Shown: positions 61,250 through 64,000 of the stretch, one piece after another
How positions within the stretch are numbered: the stretch's first letter is position 1
Layout of the letters: each line of letters begins with the position of its first letter
Source: Selaginella moellendorffii
Taxonomy: Eukaryota; Plantae; Lycopodiophyta
DNA length: 64,000 nucleotides
Direction of reading: 5' to 3'
NCBI RefSeq assembly: GCF_000143415.4
Contig: NW_003314392.1
Span: 282,390 to 346,389 of the forward strand
Notes under the pieces: model-generated
What the model saw: the letters and a program-made list of their open reading frames with translations, nothing else
What the model was told of the DNA's origin: nothing
Database searches by the model: none
Made by a program: the position numbers and the translations under genes

Positions 61250-62147
61250 TCTTGAAGCCACGAGCCAGAGTTCCAGTTCGTCCATAAAAATCACATCTTC
61301 TTGTCAAATCCAAAGAAAAAAAAATGCAACAAACTTACCAGAACGAAACAATCATGGAAGTGAACCCTGAGAATGTTGAAGCAGTTCTTGGATCTTTTTC
61401 CACAGCCTGCCCTTCACAGTGGACTCGGCAGCAGGGCACTTCTCCTAGTAGAAGCCAGGCCGCAACATAGCAATGCCCATGCAGAAGTAGCACCACCGGG
61501 AAATGGCCTGAGAATGGAAAACCCTGTCCCTGACGCCAGGCCCCGGTATCATGCCACTGGGAAGCAAACCCGGTATCACTGGAAACTTTGGAACTTTGGG
61601 GACCGGCTTCTTGAGCGGAACCTCGGGAACTACTAGATACTCCGGTACCTTTGGAACTTCGGGGACAGGCTTCTTGGGAGGAATCTCCGAAAGTACTGGA
61701 TACTCCCGAACCCTTGGAACTGGAACTTCTGGCACTTTGGGAAGTTCCGGAACTTTGGGTATTTCTGAAGGAACCTCCGGTACCTTGGGAATGACTGGAA
61801 CCTATGAAACTATGACCGGAACCTCCGGAACCTCTGGAACCTCAGGGATGACTGGAACCTCCGGAACCTCTGGAACTTCTGGAATGACTGGAACCTCTGG
61901 AACCTTTGGAACTTCTGGAACGACTGGAACTTCCTTCGGCCTTTGGAACGATCAGGATCTCTGGAATCCTGGGGATTTCCGGATATTAGGAATCGGAATG
62001 GTGATCTCTGGTATCTCTTGCGCGCCATCAGCTCCTGGAAAGAATCCAGCACCAAGCTGTGGCGGGATAAATCCTGGGAACCCCGCAAATCCCCCTCATC
62101 CACTGCCCAAGGAAAAGAATGCGTAGCGGGGCGAGAAGACGATCCAT
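61250..62147 (-). pseudogene. Decayed tandem copy of the Pro-rich/peroxidase gene
   Basis: Same promoter, repeats and LRPGFY*EKC..ILRVHFHDCFVL plus intron 1; frameshifts; 3' part lost. Confidence 0.92.
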
Positions 62148-62308
62148 GGCTGGAGAAGAAATCTCGCACCAATCCTCTGGCGCTTATATAGCAGCTCCAT
62201 TCTACCTGCTTGGATCGTAGAAATGCGAGAAGAAATCACCGCGGGAGATCCTTCTCCCCTACTAGCGAATAGCCAACCCTAACCTAATCGCGCCCGGAGA
62301 GGTGAGAG

Positions 62309-62785
62309 ATGATGTTCGTGCTTGCGCCATTGCTCTTCTTCCTGGCATCGCTGCCTCGATTGTCCCTCGCCGCTGACGCCATTCTCCCCAGCGCCGAGGT
62401 GTCGCGATTCTTGGAAGAGCATGGCCTTCCCGGCGGTCTTCTCCCCAATCTGGTCACCAGCTACTCGCTGCGCGACAACAATTCCACATTCGTCGTCCAT
62501 CTCCAGCACGAATGCTACCACCGCTTCGAGAATCTGGTGTGGTATGGCACTACCATCTCTGGGAAGCTGGGCTATGGCAAGATCGAGAATCTATCGGGGA
62601 TCCAGGCCAAGGAGTTCTTCCTGTGGCTGGGAGTGACGGGAATTCGCGTGGATGAATCCAACCGAGACTATATCTACTTTGAGGTGGGGATTGTGTCTAA
62701 GAGGCTGCGCGCATCGCTCTTTCGAGATCCACCATCGTGCTCAAAGTCTAGTGGCTCTCTTGTGGATCTACACGAGGCAATCTAG
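62309..62785 (+). CDS. DUF538 family secreted protein
   Basis: Signal peptide; FLEEHGLPGGLLP..ISGKLGYGKIENLSGIQAKEFFLWL..FEVG..F..PPSC. Its 3' end is re-duplicated at about 62828-62895. Confidence 0.92.
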   Translation: MMFVLAPLLFFLASLPRLSLAADAILPSAEVSRFLEEHGLPGGLLPNLVTSYSLRDNNSTFVVHLQHECYHRFENLVWYGTTISGKLGYGKIENLSGIQAKEFFLWLGVTGIRVDESNRDYIYFEVGIVSKRLRASLFRDPPSCSKSSGSLVDLHEAI

Positions 62786-62997
62786 AGTTTTAGTTCCTGT
62801 CTACGTATAAGCGCTCTTTCAAGAGCCTCCATCGTGCTCAAAGTCTAGTGGTTCTCTTGTGGATCTAGATAAGGCAATCTAGAGTTTTGGTTCCTCGTGT
62901 TCTTCGTGTTCTATGTATCTTTTTGTTATTAAGATAATTCGAAGTGTCACACTCCTGGTGTTCTTGGTGTCACTTCGATCCATCGAGAAGAAACGAA

Positions 62998-64000
62998 CTA
63001 GAAGATCGAGGATTGCTCCAGCCTCCGTCTCTCCTTTTGCCTCGCGCGTCGAGCTTTTCTCCTGAGCGTTGCCACCGACGGCGGCCTCACCTCCTCGTCC
63101 AGTTCCACGTAGTGTTTCTCTGGCATGAGACCACCATCCCACTCTATCACCGCTTGAGCTCCTCCATTTCTATCCCAGTGTTCTTGCTCGCTGAAAGTAC
63201 GCTTCTTCTTCTTCCGCTTGGATTGGAGCTCCATTCTCTCCTCTTGCTTTTCCTTCTCCAGTCCTTGCTTCTCGTGATATGGCCGCTCCTCCTCGTGAAC
63301 TTGCTGCTGCCCATCCTGGATCTGTTCTAGTGCTTGACGCTTCTTCTTCTTCTTCTTCTTCTTCGGGTTCTCGGAGAGCTCAGAATTTTTTTCCTCCGCA
63401 AAAACCAGCTGGTTCTTCTCTTTCCCCTCGGCCACCAAAGTTTCCTTCTCCACTCCATCCGGTTCAAGCTCCTTCCGCTTCTTCTTCCGTTTCTTAACGT
63501 GCTCTACATTCTCTTCTTCTGGTTGAGGCTGCTCTTGCCCCTGCTCCACCTGAGCTCCTCCATCTTGTTTTAGCTCCTTACGCTTCTTCTTCCGTTTCTT
63601 GACGGGCTCAGCTTGAAGCTGGTTTTCCTTTTGGTCCTCAATTTGCTGCTGCTCTTCCTGTTCGACTTCCTTCCGCGTCTCCTTCCGGTTCTTGACGACC
63701 TCAAGACTCGGTTGAAACGGATTTATCTCTTTTTCCGACAAAGTTTCCTTCTCCGAGCACTGTTCTTTCTGCTGCTGGTCCGTCTGAGTTCCTCCATCGT
63801 ACTCCAAACTCTTTTGCTCCGCTTGACCCTGGATTTGTTTCTTCTTGCCTGCAAGCTTTACTTTCACTGGCCACTCCCGCTCTTCTTGCTGCTCCTGCTG
63901 CGCCTGAGCCCCTCCATCCTGGACTAGCTCTTGTTCTGTCTCCTGGCTTTCGGACTTCTTGCGTAAATATTTCTCGGCCTGAAGCTTCTCAGCCGCGAGA
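62998..64000 (-). CDS. Lys/Glu/Gln-rich low-complexity protein, C-terminal part (runs off the window)
   Basis: Frame is open from the window end to TAG at 62998; repeated DGGAQ..Q and KKRKKKRKEL (NLS-like) units. Confidence 0.75.
   Translation of the reverse strand, partial: LAAEKLQAEKYLRKKSESQETEQELVQDGGAQAQQEQQEEREWPVKVKLAGKKKQIQGQAEQKSLEYDGGTQTDQQQKEQCSEKETLSEKEINPFQPSLEVVKNRKETRKEVEQEEQQQIEDQKENQLQAEPVKKRKKKRKELKQDGGAQVEQGQEQPQPEEENVEHVKKRKKKRKELEPDGVEKETLVAEGKEKNQLVFAEEKNSELSENPKKKKKKKKRQALEQIQDGQQQVHEEERPYHEKQGLEKEKQEERMELQSKRKKKKRTFSEQEHWDRNGGAQAVIEWDGGLMPEKHYVELDEEVRPPSVATLRRKARRARQKERRRLEQSSIF

Overview
Gene-dense plant nuclear DNA, not prokaryotic. Introns of about 45-70 bp, tiny intergenic gaps and many PLS-class PPR genes point to the lycophyte Selaginella (inference; no database search was run). 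Apparently intact genes: EIN2, an MBD4-like glycosylase, a many-exon SAP-domain gene that the ORF track misses, a CW zinc-finger gene, three class III peroxidases, a G-type lectin receptor kinase, a NACK1/HINKEL-type kinesin, a purple acid phosphatase, LEA14, two DUF538 genes, PPR-DYW and PPR-E genes, an orphan 3-TM surface protein and a Lys/Glu-rich gene cut by the window edge. Between them lie the 3' end of a Gypsy element, a full-length decayed Copia inside a STE24 pseudogene, 26S/18S rDNA pseudogene pieces and many deletion-shrunken gene copies. Best leads: (1) a secreted peroxidase fused in one exon to a Tyr/Lys/Pro repeat domain, possibly an enzyme carrying its own substrate, co-duplicated with a divergent DUF538 gene; (2) an Arg-rich plus Leu-helix (Rev-like) 46-aa ORF filling the Copia leader; (3) an EIN2 that keeps the NRAMP metal-binding residues; (4) repeated cases of cargo DNA flanked by duplicated gene junctions; (5) lone B-boxes in Pol II promoters.
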